DNA from: an uncultured Porphyromonas sp.
GTDB taxonomy: Bacteria > Bacteroidota > Bacteroidia > Bacteroidales > Porphyromonadaceae
DNA length: 64,000 nt
Assembly (NCBI RefSeq): GCF_900539155.1
Contig: NZ_UQBE01000003.1
Strand: one strand, 5' to 3'
In this document: piece by piece, positions 35,594 through 44,341 of the stretch
Layout: each line of letters opens with the position of its first letter
How positions within the stretch are numbered: position 1 is the first letter of the stretch
The notes under the pieces: generated by a model
The model's input: the letters and a program-made list of their open reading frames with translations, nothing else
What the model was told of the DNA's origin: nothing
Databases searched by the model: none
Position numbers and translations under genes: made by a program

Positions 35594-38100
35594 TGTCTAC
35601 ACTGCAAAACATCCTTGATTACCTTCGTCCTATACAGACGCATCTCGTCGATGAGCGTCCGATACGACATATCTTAACGGATAGTCGTAAACTCTCCTCC
35701 CCGAACGATAGCCTCTTCTTCGCTATGCGTACCGCCTCTGGTGACGGACATAAGTACATTCCTCAGCTCTATGAGCATGGGGTGCGAGCTTTCTTCATTT
35801 GCGAGCCGATCGAACCCTATGTGGAGCGCTACCCTGATGCTAATATCGTACAGGTGCAGGAGACGCTCCGCGCGCTACAGCAGATCGCTAGTCACTGGCG
35901 TATGCGCTACGACTACCCAGTCGTCGGCATCACGGGGAGCAACGGCAAGACGGTCGTCAAGGAGTTTCTCTACCACCTTCTCTCAGGCTGCTATCGCATC
36001 GTGCGCTCACCAAAGAGCTACAACTCGCAGCTAGGTGTCCCGCTCTCGATACTTAATATGGAGGAGGAGCATACGCTCGCTATCTTTGAGGCGGGGATCT
36101 CGATGCCGATGGAGATGCTACGTCTCCAGCGTATCATACGACCGACGCTCGGTATCTTGACCAACATTGGGGCGGCGCATCAGGAGAACTTTGTCTCGCT
36201 CAACCAGAAAATCGAGGAGAAGCTCCAGCTCTTTGTCGATGCCGACCACTTTGTCTACGATGCCGACAGCGATGAGATACAGCGAGGCATCGACAACTTG
36301 GGCCTCTCGGACAAAGCTATCGGCTGGAGCCTTACACCAGGAAAGGCTTACTACCACGTCTCCTATACGAGCCCAGGGGACGGCACTACAACCATTACTG
36401 CTCAGCATGCGGATGAGAGCAGCACGGTGACCATTCCCTTTGCGGATCAAGCCTCTATACAAAACGCTACGCACTGTCTCTGTCTCATTGGCCTCCTGCC
36501 ACTCACCACGGCTCAGCGCCAGGCGGTGCTGGCCCGCTTTGCAACTCTGGAGGCAATCGAGATGAGACTGGAGGTCAAGGAGGGGCAGGCGGGTAACCGA
36601 CTAATCAACGATGCCTACAACAACGATATCAATTCGCTACGCATCGCGCTCGACTTTCAGAAGCAGCGCACCGCCACTTCCCACCAGCAGGCAGTCATCA
36701 TTCTATCCGATATCCTGCAAAGTGCTCAGCTCCCACGAGACCTTTACAAGCAGGTGGGCGAGATGATCGCACAGTATCCGCACACGCTCTTCATCGGTGT
36801 GGGACGGGAGCTGTGCAACTATCAGGACTACTTCCAGAGGAGTGGGGAAGGGAAGACCGCCTTCTACGAGACGACCGACCAACTCCTGGCCGATGACCTG
36901 CTCGGCACCATCAGCCAGGCGGAGATCCTGGTCAAAGGAGCCAGACAGTTCCAGTTCGAGCGTATCGTACAGCATCTAGCCAAGCAGGTACACGAGACCA
37001 CACTAGAGATAGACCTAGAGGCTTTGGTGAGCAACTTGAAGAGCTACAAAGCGCTCCTCTCACCTGAGACACGTATCATCGTTATGGCCAAGGCACAGGG
37101 TTACGGTATCGGAGCTTACGAGCTGGCCAAGGCTCTGGAGCAGCAAGACCTCGCAGCTCTGGCGGTGGCACTAGCAGATGAGGGCAAGGAGCTACGCAGC
37201 AAAGGAATCCTTCTTCCGATTATTGTGATGAACCCCGAGGTAGAAGCCTTTGAGGTGATGACGCAGAGTCGTCTAGAGCCTGAGATTTACAACGAGCGCA
37301 TCCTCCGAGAGTTTGCCCGGCACGTGGAGCGTCAGGGGCTGAGCCATTACCCCGTTCATATCGAGCTAGACACAGGTATGCACCGTACTGGCTTCACGCC
37401 AGACAGAGCAACTCTAGAGCACCTTGCTCAGACACTGCATGAGGTGGAGCCGTTGATACGGGTGCAGAGTATCTTTACGCACTTGGCGGCTGCCGATGAG
37501 CCGACGATGAACGACTTTACGGAGCGACAGTTTGCCCTCTATGATGAGGGTGCAGACTACCTTACGAGCCAGCTTTCTTATCGTCCTCTACGACATGTAC
37601 AAAATACAGCGGGCATCGAGCGATACAACCATCATCACTACGATATGGCTCGTCTAGGAGTAGGCCTCTATGGTATCAGTGCTACGGGTAGTCTCACCCT
37701 CGAACCTGTCGCTAAACTACGCACGACGCTCTTACAGATTAAGACAATCCCTGACGGAGAGACGGTCGGCTATGGACGACGGGGGCAGGTAGCTCCTGGT
37801 GGGCAGATTGGTATCATCCCGATTGGCTATGCCGACGGCTATGATAGGCGCTTCAGCTGTGGCGTCGGGAGTGTCATGATTCACGACACGCTCTGTCCGA
37901 TCGTGGGCAACGTCTGTATGGATACTTGCATGGTTGATCTCACAGCTCTCAACGGTAATGTCGCAGAGGGCGATGAAGTAATCCTCTTCGGTGTGCCTGG
38001 CTTGCAGGTGAGTGACCTCGCAGATCGCATAGGAACCATCCCATACGAGGTAATCTCCAAGCTATCGCCCCGCATCAAGCGAACTTACTATAAGAACTAA
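35593..38100 (+). CDS. murF: Bifunctional UDP-MurNAc-tripeptide--D-Ala-D-Ala ligase (MurF) / alanine racemase (Alr)
   Basis: N-terminal MurF: VGITGSNGKTVVKEF. C-terminal Alr: VMAKAQGYGIG PLP-lysine motif and ...GYADGYDRRFS. The start overlaps the GSCFA stop as TAATG. Confidence 0.9.
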   Translation: MSTLQNILDYLRPIQTHLVDERPIRHILTDSRKLSSPNDSLFFAMRTASGDGHKYIPQLYEHGVRAFFICEPIEPYVERYPDANIVQVQETLRALQQIASHWRMRYDYPVVGITGSNGKTVVKEFLYHLLSGCYRIVRSPKSYNSQLGVPLSILNMEEEHTLAIFEAGISMPMEMLRLQRIIRPTLGILTNIGAAHQENFVSLNQKIEEKLQLFVDADHFVYDADSDEIQRGIDNLGLSDKAIGWSLTPGKAYYHVSYTSPGDGTTTITAQHADESSTVTIPFADQASIQNATHCLCLIGLLPLTTAQRQAVLARFATLEAIEMRLEVKEGQAGNRLINDAYNNDINSLRIALDFQKQRTATSHQQAVIILSDILQSAQLPRDLYKQVGEMIAQYPHTLFIGVGRELCNYQDYFQRSGEGKTAFYETTDQLLADDLLGTISQAEILVKGARQFQFERIVQHLAKQVHETTLEIDLEALVSNLKSYKALLSPETRIIVMAKAQGYGIGAYELAKALEQQDLAALAVALADEGKELRSKGILLPIIVMNPEVEAFEVMTQSRLEPEIYNERILREFARHVERQGLSHYPVHIELDTGMHRTGFTPDRATLEHLAQTLHEVEPLIRVQSIFTHLAAADEPTMNDFTERQFALYDEGADYLTSQLSYRPLRHVQNTAGIERYNHHHYDMARLGVGLYGISATGSLTLEPVAKLRTTLLQIKTIPDGETVGYGRRGQVAPGGQIGIIPIGYADGYDRRFSCGVGSVMIHDTLCPIVGNVCMDTCMVDLTALNGNVAEGDEVILFGVPGLQVSDLADRIGTIPYEVISKLSPRIKRTYYKN

Positions 38101-38242
38101 TAGACGATGCTTGCTCAAACTTCACCCGAAAGTGCTTGATTGGCCTGCAAATAATCAGTAACTTAGCGGGACGTTTGAGAAGAGCTTCTCAAAAAGGCTT
38201 GTTAGGACATCAAAAAATATAACACTATATATAAGTAATACA

Positions 38243-39148
38243 ATGGCTATTCAGACAAAGATCGTAGAGTGTGTCCCCAACTTTAGCGAGGGACGTGACA
38301 AAGCAAAGATTGAGCAAATCGTACAACCCTTTAGAGCAACCGAGGGTGTCAAGCTCCTAGACTACAGCAATGACGAGGACCACAACCGCTGCGTCGTGAC
38401 CGTCATGGGTGAGCCCGAGGCTGTCCGTAAGTCTGTCCTCGAGGCTGTCGAGATTGCTGTCAAGGTAATCGATATGACCAAGCATGAGGGGCAGCACCCA
38501 CGTATGGGAGCTGTAGACGTTATCCCCTTTATCCCCATCCGCAATATGGAGATGGAGGAGGCTATCGAGCTTTCTAAGGAAGTTGGTAAGGAGATAGGCG
38601 AGCGCATCGGTGTACCTGTCTTCCTCTATGAGAAGAGTGCTTCAGCTCCTCATCGTGAGAATCTCGCTAAGATTCGCAAGGGGCAGTTCGAGGGTATGGC
38701 TGAGAAGATTCACGAGGATGAGTGGCACCCAGACTTCGGTCCAGCTGACATCCACCCCACAGCAGGCGTCGTTGCCGTCGGAGCTCGTATGCCACTCGTT
38801 GCTTACAATGTCAACCTCAACACCTCTGACCTCTCTATCGCTGATGCGATTGCTAAGAAGGTACGTCATATCGGTGGCGGTCTACGCTTCTGCAAGGCTA
38901 TGGGCGTAGAGCTGACCGACAGGCACATCGTACAGGTCTCTATGAACCTCACCGACTACACCAAGACAGCCGTCTATCGTGCTCACGAGATGGTACGTAT
39001 GGAGGCTCGTCGCTACGGTGTCGAGATCGTAGGTGCTGAGGTCATCGGTCTCGTACCTATGAAGGCACTCATTGACTGCGCTGAGTACTACCTCGGCATC
39101 GAGAACTTCTGCGAGACTCAGATTCTCGAGCTCCGCATGATGGAGTAG
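38243..39148 (+). CDS. ftcD: Glutamate formimidoyltransferase (FtcD N-terminal-type)
   Basis: IVECVPNFSEGRD...HPRMGAVDVIPFIPI formiminotransferase hallmarks. Confidence 0.85.
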   Translation: MAIQTKIVECVPNFSEGRDKAKIEQIVQPFRATEGVKLLDYSNDEDHNRCVVTVMGEPEAVRKSVLEAVEIAVKVIDMTKHEGQHPRMGAVDVIPFIPIRNMEMEEAIELSKEVGKEIGERIGVPVFLYEKSASAPHRENLAKIRKGQFEGMAEKIHEDEWHPDFGPADIHPTAGVVAVGARMPLVAYNVNLNTSDLSIADAIAKKVRHIGGGLRFCKAMGVELTDRHIVQVSMNLTDYTKTAVYRAHEMVRMEARRYGVEIVGAEVIGLVPMKALIDCAEYYLGIENFCETQILELRMME

Positions 39149-39254
39149 TTCAAAGAGAACGTTTTACCAACTAGAGAGTAGAGTCTCTAGGATAGCTAGT
39201 CTCCCCAGTACAACTAGTATCACTAGGGACACTAGTGTACCTAGAAAGCCTAGA

Positions 39255-39300
39255 AACTCTACTCTCTAACCTCTAACTTCTAAAATCTAATGTCTAATCT
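39255..39300. repeat. CTCTAA-like hexamer tract (ctctactctctaacctctaacttctaaaatctaatgtctaatctc) overlapping the hutI start codon
   Basis: Same hexamer periodicity as the leaders of the CACGTG elements, but with no element attached. The hutI ATG at 39290 lies inside it. Confidence 0.7.
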
Positions 39301-40564
39301 CTACCTATACAACATCGGTCAAATCGTAACCCGTCCGGGCTCTACCGCACAGCACGGTGCTGAGGCGATGCGTCAGCTCGGAGTCATCGAGGGACCAGCC
39401 GCCATCATCGTCCGACAAGGCAAGATAGCTTTCGTCGGAACCATGCAAGAAGCTGAGCAAGTAGACCACGCTGACTGCGTCGCTTATGACGCTCAGGGCG
39501 GATGCGTCTTGCCAGGCTTCGTCGATAGTCACACCCACCTCATCTTCGGGGGCTACCGTGAGGACGAGTTCCAGTGGCGACTAGCTGGCGACAGCTATAT
39601 GAGCATTATGGAGCGTGGCGGTGGTATAGCCAATACGATGAAGGCGACCCGTAGTGCAACGGCTGAGGAGCTTACCCAGCGTGCCTCTGCGCATCTAGAC
39701 GCTATGCTGTCTATGGGTGTTACCACCGTCGAGGCTAAGAGTGGCTACGGTATGGAACTGGACACCGAGATTAAGCAACTGGAGGTTATCCGGACGCTAC
39801 AGGAGCAGCACCCGATAGACCTTTACCCCACCTTCATGGGAGCGCACGACACCCCGCCCGAGTACAAGGGCCGCTCCACAGACTTCATCCACTACCTCTG
39901 TGACACGGTCATGCCAGTAGTCGTAGAGCGAGGCTTGGCTGAGTGCTGCGATATCTTTACAGAGAAGGGCGTCTTCGACCATGAGCAGACACGCATCCTC
40001 TTGACTCGTGCTAAGGAGCTAGGGCTCAAAGTTAAGATGCACGCCGACGAGATTGTCTCCTTCGGTGGTGCTGAGCTAGCAGTCGAGCTAGGATGTCTCT
40101 CTGCGGATCATCTCCTACAGATATCCGATGCTGGTATCAAAGCTTTGGCTCAGAGTGACACCGTGGCAACATGCCTCCCCTGTACCGCCTTCAGTCTCGG
40201 CGAGGAGTATGCGCCCGCACGTCGTATGATTGATGCAGGCTGTGCCGTAGCTGTCGCTTCCGATCTCAACCCAGGGAGCTGCTTCAGCTCCTCCATTCCG
40301 CTGATGTTCGCTCTAGCGACCATCTATATGGGTATGACCGTCGAGGAGGCCGTCACAGCACTTACGCTCAATGGTGCTGCCGCCATCGGTCGTGCAGACC
40401 AGATAGGAAGCATCGAGGTCGGCAAGGCGGGTGACCTAGCTCTCCTACGCTTCCCCTCGTACAAGTTCCTCTCTTACCACTTTGGTGTCAACCTCGTACG
40501 AGCCACCATCAAGGCGGGTACCGTCTACGAAAACAAACTGGTGACGCCCGCGCCCAGCGTTTAG
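39290..40564 (+). CDS. hutI: Imidazolonepropionase
   Basis: GFVDSHTHLIFGG, KMHADE, DLNPGS amidohydrolase motifs; 424 aa. Confidence 0.9.
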   Translation: MSNLYLYNIGQIVTRPGSTAQHGAEAMRQLGVIEGPAAIIVRQGKIAFVGTMQEAEQVDHADCVAYDAQGGCVLPGFVDSHTHLIFGGYREDEFQWRLAGDSYMSIMERGGGIANTMKATRSATAEELTQRASAHLDAMLSMGVTTVEAKSGYGMELDTEIKQLEVIRTLQEQHPIDLYPTFMGAHDTPPEYKGRSTDFIHYLCDTVMPVVVERGLAECCDIFTEKGVFDHEQTRILLTRAKELGLKVKMHADEIVSFGGAELAVELGCLSADHLLQISDAGIKALAQSDTVATCLPCTAFSLGEEYAPARRMIDAGCAVAVASDLNPGSCFSSSIPLMFALATIYMGMTVEEAVTALTLNGAAAIGRADQIGSIEVGKAGDLALLRFPSYKFLSYHFGVNLVRATIKAGTVYENKLVTPAPSV

Positions 40565-40624
40565 TCTTCTAGCAAGACTAGTCGCATCCGAACTAATTAA
40601 CAAATAAACAATCTCAAACAATCT

Positions 40625-41260
40625 ATGAATAATAGTCTAACAGACTTGACCGTCAAGGGGCTCCTTGACGTCACCGCAGGCAAGGATCCTGTACCTGGAG
40701 GTGGTAGCATCTCAGCACTCAGCGGTGCTATCTCAGCTGCACTTACTGAGATGGTCGCAGGACTCACTATTGGCAAGAAAAAGTATGCCGAGGTCGAGGA
40801 GCAGATGAAGCAACTCGTCGAGCGTGTCCAGAAGATTCGTCAGCAGTTGGTCCTCGACGTAGATCGTGATAGCGAGGCATACAACGTCGTCTTTGCAGCG
40901 TTCCAGATGCCCAAAGAGACTGACGAAGAGAAGGCTGCACGCTCTGCCCAGATTCAAGAGGCTACCAAGATTGCTGCTAACGTCCCCATGGAGGTCGCTC
41001 GCCGTGTCTACAGCCTGCTCAGCGATATCGAGGAGGTCGTCGCCAATGGTAACCAAAACGCCGTCACCGATGGCTGTGTAGCTATGATGTCTGCACGCAA
41101 TGCTATCATCGGTGCTCTCTTTAACGTTCGCATCAACCTCACATCCATCAAGGACGAGCAGTACGTTGCCGATATGACCGCTGAGGCAGATCGTCTCGAG
41201 CGCGAGGTCATCGAGCGTGAGGCTAAGGTCATAGAGTACACTAAGGAAGCTTGTAAGTAG
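40625..41260 (+). CDS. Formimidoyltetrahydrofolate cyclodeaminase / methenyl-THF cyclohydrolase-family protein
   Basis: 211 aa, all-helical. GGGSISALSGAISAAL at the N-terminus is typical of the FTCD_C domain. Confidence 0.75.
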   Translation: MNNSLTDLTVKGLLDVTAGKDPVPGGGSISALSGAISAALTEMVAGLTIGKKKYAEVEEQMKQLVERVQKIRQQLVLDVDRDSEAYNVVFAAFQMPKETDEEKAARSAQIQEATKIAANVPMEVARRVYSLLSDIEEVVANGNQNAVTDGCVAMMSARNAIIGALFNVRINLTSIKDEQYVADMTAEADRLEREVIEREAKVIEYTKEACK

Positions 41261-41266
41261 AGAAAT

Positions 41267-42766
41267 ATGTCAGCACGCAAAACATTCGCCATCGGTAGCG
41301 AGCAGCTCACCATCGGGCTATGCCGAGAGTATCTAGAGAATCATTTCGAGCTCACCCTCTCACCTGAGGCTATCCAGCGCATCGAGCATTGTCGGAACTA
41401 TCTAGACCGCAAGGTCGAGGAGGTCGACAAGCCTATCTACGGTGTCACAACGGGCTTTGGCTCACTCTGTAACCGCACCATATCGCCTGATCAGCTCACG
41501 AAGCTTCAGGAGAACATCGTCAAGAGCCACGCTTGCAGCTGTGGTGACGAGGTCGCAGAGCCCATCATTCGCCTCATGCTCCTCCTGAAGGCTCATGCCC
41601 TGCAGATTGGAAATAGTGGTGTCCAGGTCGAGACCGTACAGCGTATCGTCGACATGCTCAATGCGGACGTCCTGCCCGTCGTCTATGACCGCGGCTCACT
41701 AGGCGCATCAGGTGACTTGGCTCCTCTAGCCAACCTCTTCCTACCGCTCATCGGCTATGGCGAGGTACGCTACAAGGGAGAGAAGCTCCCCTCCTGCGAG
41801 GTCCTCGCTAAGTTTGGCTGGGAGCCCATCAAGCTCAAGAGCAAAGAGGGTCTAGCTCTGCTCAACGGTACTCAGTTCATGAGTTCACACGGTGTCTATG
41901 CACTCATACAAGCAGAGCGTCTCGAGCTAGCAGCAGATTGGTGTGCAGCTCTCTCGCTAGAGGCGTTCGCAGGTCTGGACGCTCCTTACGATGACCGTCT
42001 GCATCAGATCCGCCCACACCAGGGACAGATACAAGTCGCTGCCCATATGCGCGAGCTACTCAAGGGTAGTGAGATGATTGCTAAGCCCAAGCCTCAGGTA
42101 CAGGACCCCTACAGCTTCCGCTGCGTCCCCCAAGTACATGGAGCTTCGCGTGACGCCATCGCTTACGTGCGTAGTGTCGTAGAGACTGAGATCAACTCAG
42201 TTACTGACAATCCCACGGTCTTCCCCGATGACGATATGGTCGTCTCAGGTGGTAACTTCCACGGCCAGCCTCTTGCGATTGTCTACGACTTCCTCGCTAT
42301 AGCTCTCGCTGAGCTAGGCAATATCTCGGAGCGTCGTGTCGCTCAGCTCATCCTCGGGCTACGTGACCTGCCAGAGTTCCTCGTTGCCAATCCTGGTCTC
42401 AACAGTGGCTTCATGATACCGCAGTATGCCGCTGCTGCTATGGTCAGCCAAAACAAAATGTACTGCCACTCAGCAGCTAGTGACAGCATTGTCTCCAGCA
42501 ATGGTCAGGAGGACCACGTCTCTATGGGAGCCAACGCAGCGACGAAGCTCATGCCTCTCATCGCAAACCTCTATCGTCTCTTCGGTATCGAGCTACTCAA
42601 TGCAGCTCAGGCGATCGAGTTCCGTCGTCCTATGAAGACCTCGGAGCGTCTTGAGGGCTTCCTCGCTAGCTTCCGCAAGGTATGTCCTCGTGTCGAGGAT
42701 GACGTCGTCATGTACGAGCAGATGAATAAGGCCGAGGCACTCATCAAGAGCTTCCCCTTTGAGTAA
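41267..42766 (+). CDS. hutH: Histidine ammonia-lyase
   Basis: SLGASGDLAPLA carries the MIO-forming Ala-Ser-Gly triad; 499 aa. Confidence 0.95.
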   Translation: MSARKTFAIGSEQLTIGLCREYLENHFELTLSPEAIQRIEHCRNYLDRKVEEVDKPIYGVTTGFGSLCNRTISPDQLTKLQENIVKSHACSCGDEVAEPIIRLMLLLKAHALQIGNSGVQVETVQRIVDMLNADVLPVVYDRGSLGASGDLAPLANLFLPLIGYGEVRYKGEKLPSCEVLAKFGWEPIKLKSKEGLALLNGTQFMSSHGVYALIQAERLELAADWCAALSLEAFAGLDAPYDDRLHQIRPHQGQIQVAAHMRELLKGSEMIAKPKPQVQDPYSFRCVPQVHGASRDAIAYVRSVVETEINSVTDNPTVFPDDDMVVSGGNFHGQPLAIVYDFLAIALAELGNISERRVAQLILGLRDLPEFLVANPGLNSGFMIPQYAAAAMVSQNKMYCHSAASDSIVSSNGQEDHVSMGANAATKLMPLIANLYRLFGIELLNAAQAIEFRRPMKTSERLEGFLASFRKVCPRVEDDVVMYEQMNKAEALIKSFPFE

Positions 42767-42853
42767 GATGCTAGTCTGACAGGTCGCAGAGACCTGGGAC
42801 AAACGAATAGCGTAGGGGGGCTGCCTTATTGTCTCCCGATGCTAACAAATGAA

Positions 42854-42896
42854 GTGAGCGTGTTGACTATCAGTCAGCACGCTCATTTTACTTTTA
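42854..42896 (+). terminator. Rho-independent terminator after hutH
   Basis: gtgagcgtgttgact / agtcagcacgctcat gives a 14-bp stem with one G-U pair and a 3-nt loop, followed by tttta cttttaa. Confidence 0.6.
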
Positions 42897-42971
42897 AGGC
42901 ACCAGGGTCTGACCACCTAGCGAAGGATGACTTCGTGGGAGAGCACACGATCCGTACAGACTCCGTATTGA

Positions 42972-43035
42972 AGACTGTTGCATAAAAGCGAATCCCGAAA
43001 GCAACACAGCGATTCGCCTTTATGCAACAGTCTCT
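42972..43035. mobile_element. Foldback derivative of the 175-bp MITE (terminal inverted repeats brought together around a short core)
   Basis: gactgttgcataaaagcgaatc-ccgaaagcaacacagc-gattcgcctttatgcaacagtc gives 22-bp arms. Confidence 0.6.
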
Positions 43036-43186
43036 ACGAGATGCCGTGACGACAATTCGCAGGGTACAATGCGACAGCCCCACCTCCGACTGTGTCAGAG
43101 ATGGGGCTGTCTGATGTGCAGGAGTCCTCTTAGGAGCCCAGCCTAGTGATAGGAGCCACGTGTGATAGCTGGCTCCTCTGTGGGGA

Positions 43187-43687
43187 CTAGAGTCCTAGTT
43201 GCTTCTTAACCTGAGCTGTGATATCTACAGCTGATGGACCAGAGTAGAGCATCATCGTAGCCTCCATGACGTAGGTGTAGCCACCTGCATCACCGACCTT
43301 CTTGATCGCCTCTACTATCTTCTGCTGGATGGGTGCCATGAGGGTGCCCTGCTGCTTCTCCATATCCTGCTGCATAGCCTGATAGGAGCGCTGGATGCGG
43401 TTCTGTAGGTCAGCGAGTTCTTGCTCACGGCTCTTGAGAAGTGCCTCGGAGAGTCCATCCTTGTCCTTCATATAGAGTTCTAGCTTCTTCTGATACTCGT
43501 CGTTCATCGTCTGCATCTCTGCGGTGTACTTCTTGTCAAGCTCCTGGAGACGGTCCTGAGCGACCTTCATATCAGGCATAGCGGTGAGGAGCTCCTGTGA
43601 GTTGACGACTGCTATCTTCTGCTGAGCCGTAGCTACGACAGGTAGCAAGAGTAGGAGTAGGGTTAGAAACAGATTCTTTGTTTTCAT
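43187..43687 (-). CDS. OmpH/Skp-family periplasmic chaperone
   Basis: Signal peptide plus coiled-coil, lysine-rich, 166 aa. Immediately downstream of bamA, as in other Bacteroidetes. Confidence 0.8.
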   Translation of the reverse strand: MKTKNLFLTLLLLLLPVVATAQQKIAVVNSQELLTAMPDMKVAQDRLQELDKKYTAEMQTMNDEYQKKLELYMKDKDGLSEALLKSREQELADLQNRIQRSYQAMQQDMEKQQGTLMAPIQQKIVEAIKKVGDAGGYTYVMEATMMLYSGPSAVDITAQVKKQLGL

Positions 43688-43725
43688 TGTTATCTTTTTA
43701 AAATAGTTGATTATGCTTGTGTAGA

Positions 43726-44244
43726 TTATCGCATGCGACCGTAGCCTAGCTTCTCTAGAACCTGGTCACTGATGTCGATAGATGGATTGGCAAAGACGAT
43801 ACCCGCGGTGGATCGGTCTAGGACCAGCTGGAAACCGCTCTGAGAGGCAATCTCCTTGATGGCTTGCCATATCTCGTCCTGTAGGGGCTTAATCATCTTA
43901 GAGCGACGATCGAAGAGCTCGCCCTCGGGACCGAAGTACTTACCCTGTAGCTCAGTGGCCTGCTGTTCTGTCTTGACGATCTCCTCTTCGCGCTGACGCT
44001 TTTGCTCGGCGGTGAGGAAGACGAGGTCGCTCTGATACTTTTTGTAGAGCGTCTCGGCCTTGTCTTGGAGCGTCTTGACTTCCTGCTGCCAACGCTTAGA
44101 GACAGTCTCAAGCTGCTCGTTCATCATCTCATAGTTGGGGATGTTCTTGAGGATATACTGCATGTCCACAAGGGCAAACTTCTGTGCTGATGCTCCCAGC
44201 GTAAGGGCTAGGAGGAGTGTGAGGAGATATAGATGCTTTCTCAT
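43726..44244 (-). CDS. OmpH/Skp-family periplasmic chaperone (second copy)
   Basis: Start at MRKHLYLLTLLLALTLGASAQ, a signal peptide. Coiled-coil EQKRQREEEIVKTEQQA. Confidence 0.75.
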   Translation of the reverse strand: MRKHLYLLTLLLALTLGASAQKFALVDMQYILKNIPNYEMMNEQLETVSKRWQQEVKTLQDKAETLYKKYQSDLVFLTAEQKRQREEEIVKTEQQATELQGKYFGPEGELFDRRSKMIKPLQDEIWQAIKEIASQSGFQLVLDRSTAGIVFANPSIDISDQVLEKLGYGRMR

Positions 44245-44341
44245 AATATAGATGTTTAGAAGGTCTGTACTAGTGTATATAGATGGCTTGGGTACTTGTT
44301 TGTTTAAGTGGAGCAAGCCTCGTACTCATACGCTAAGGGGA

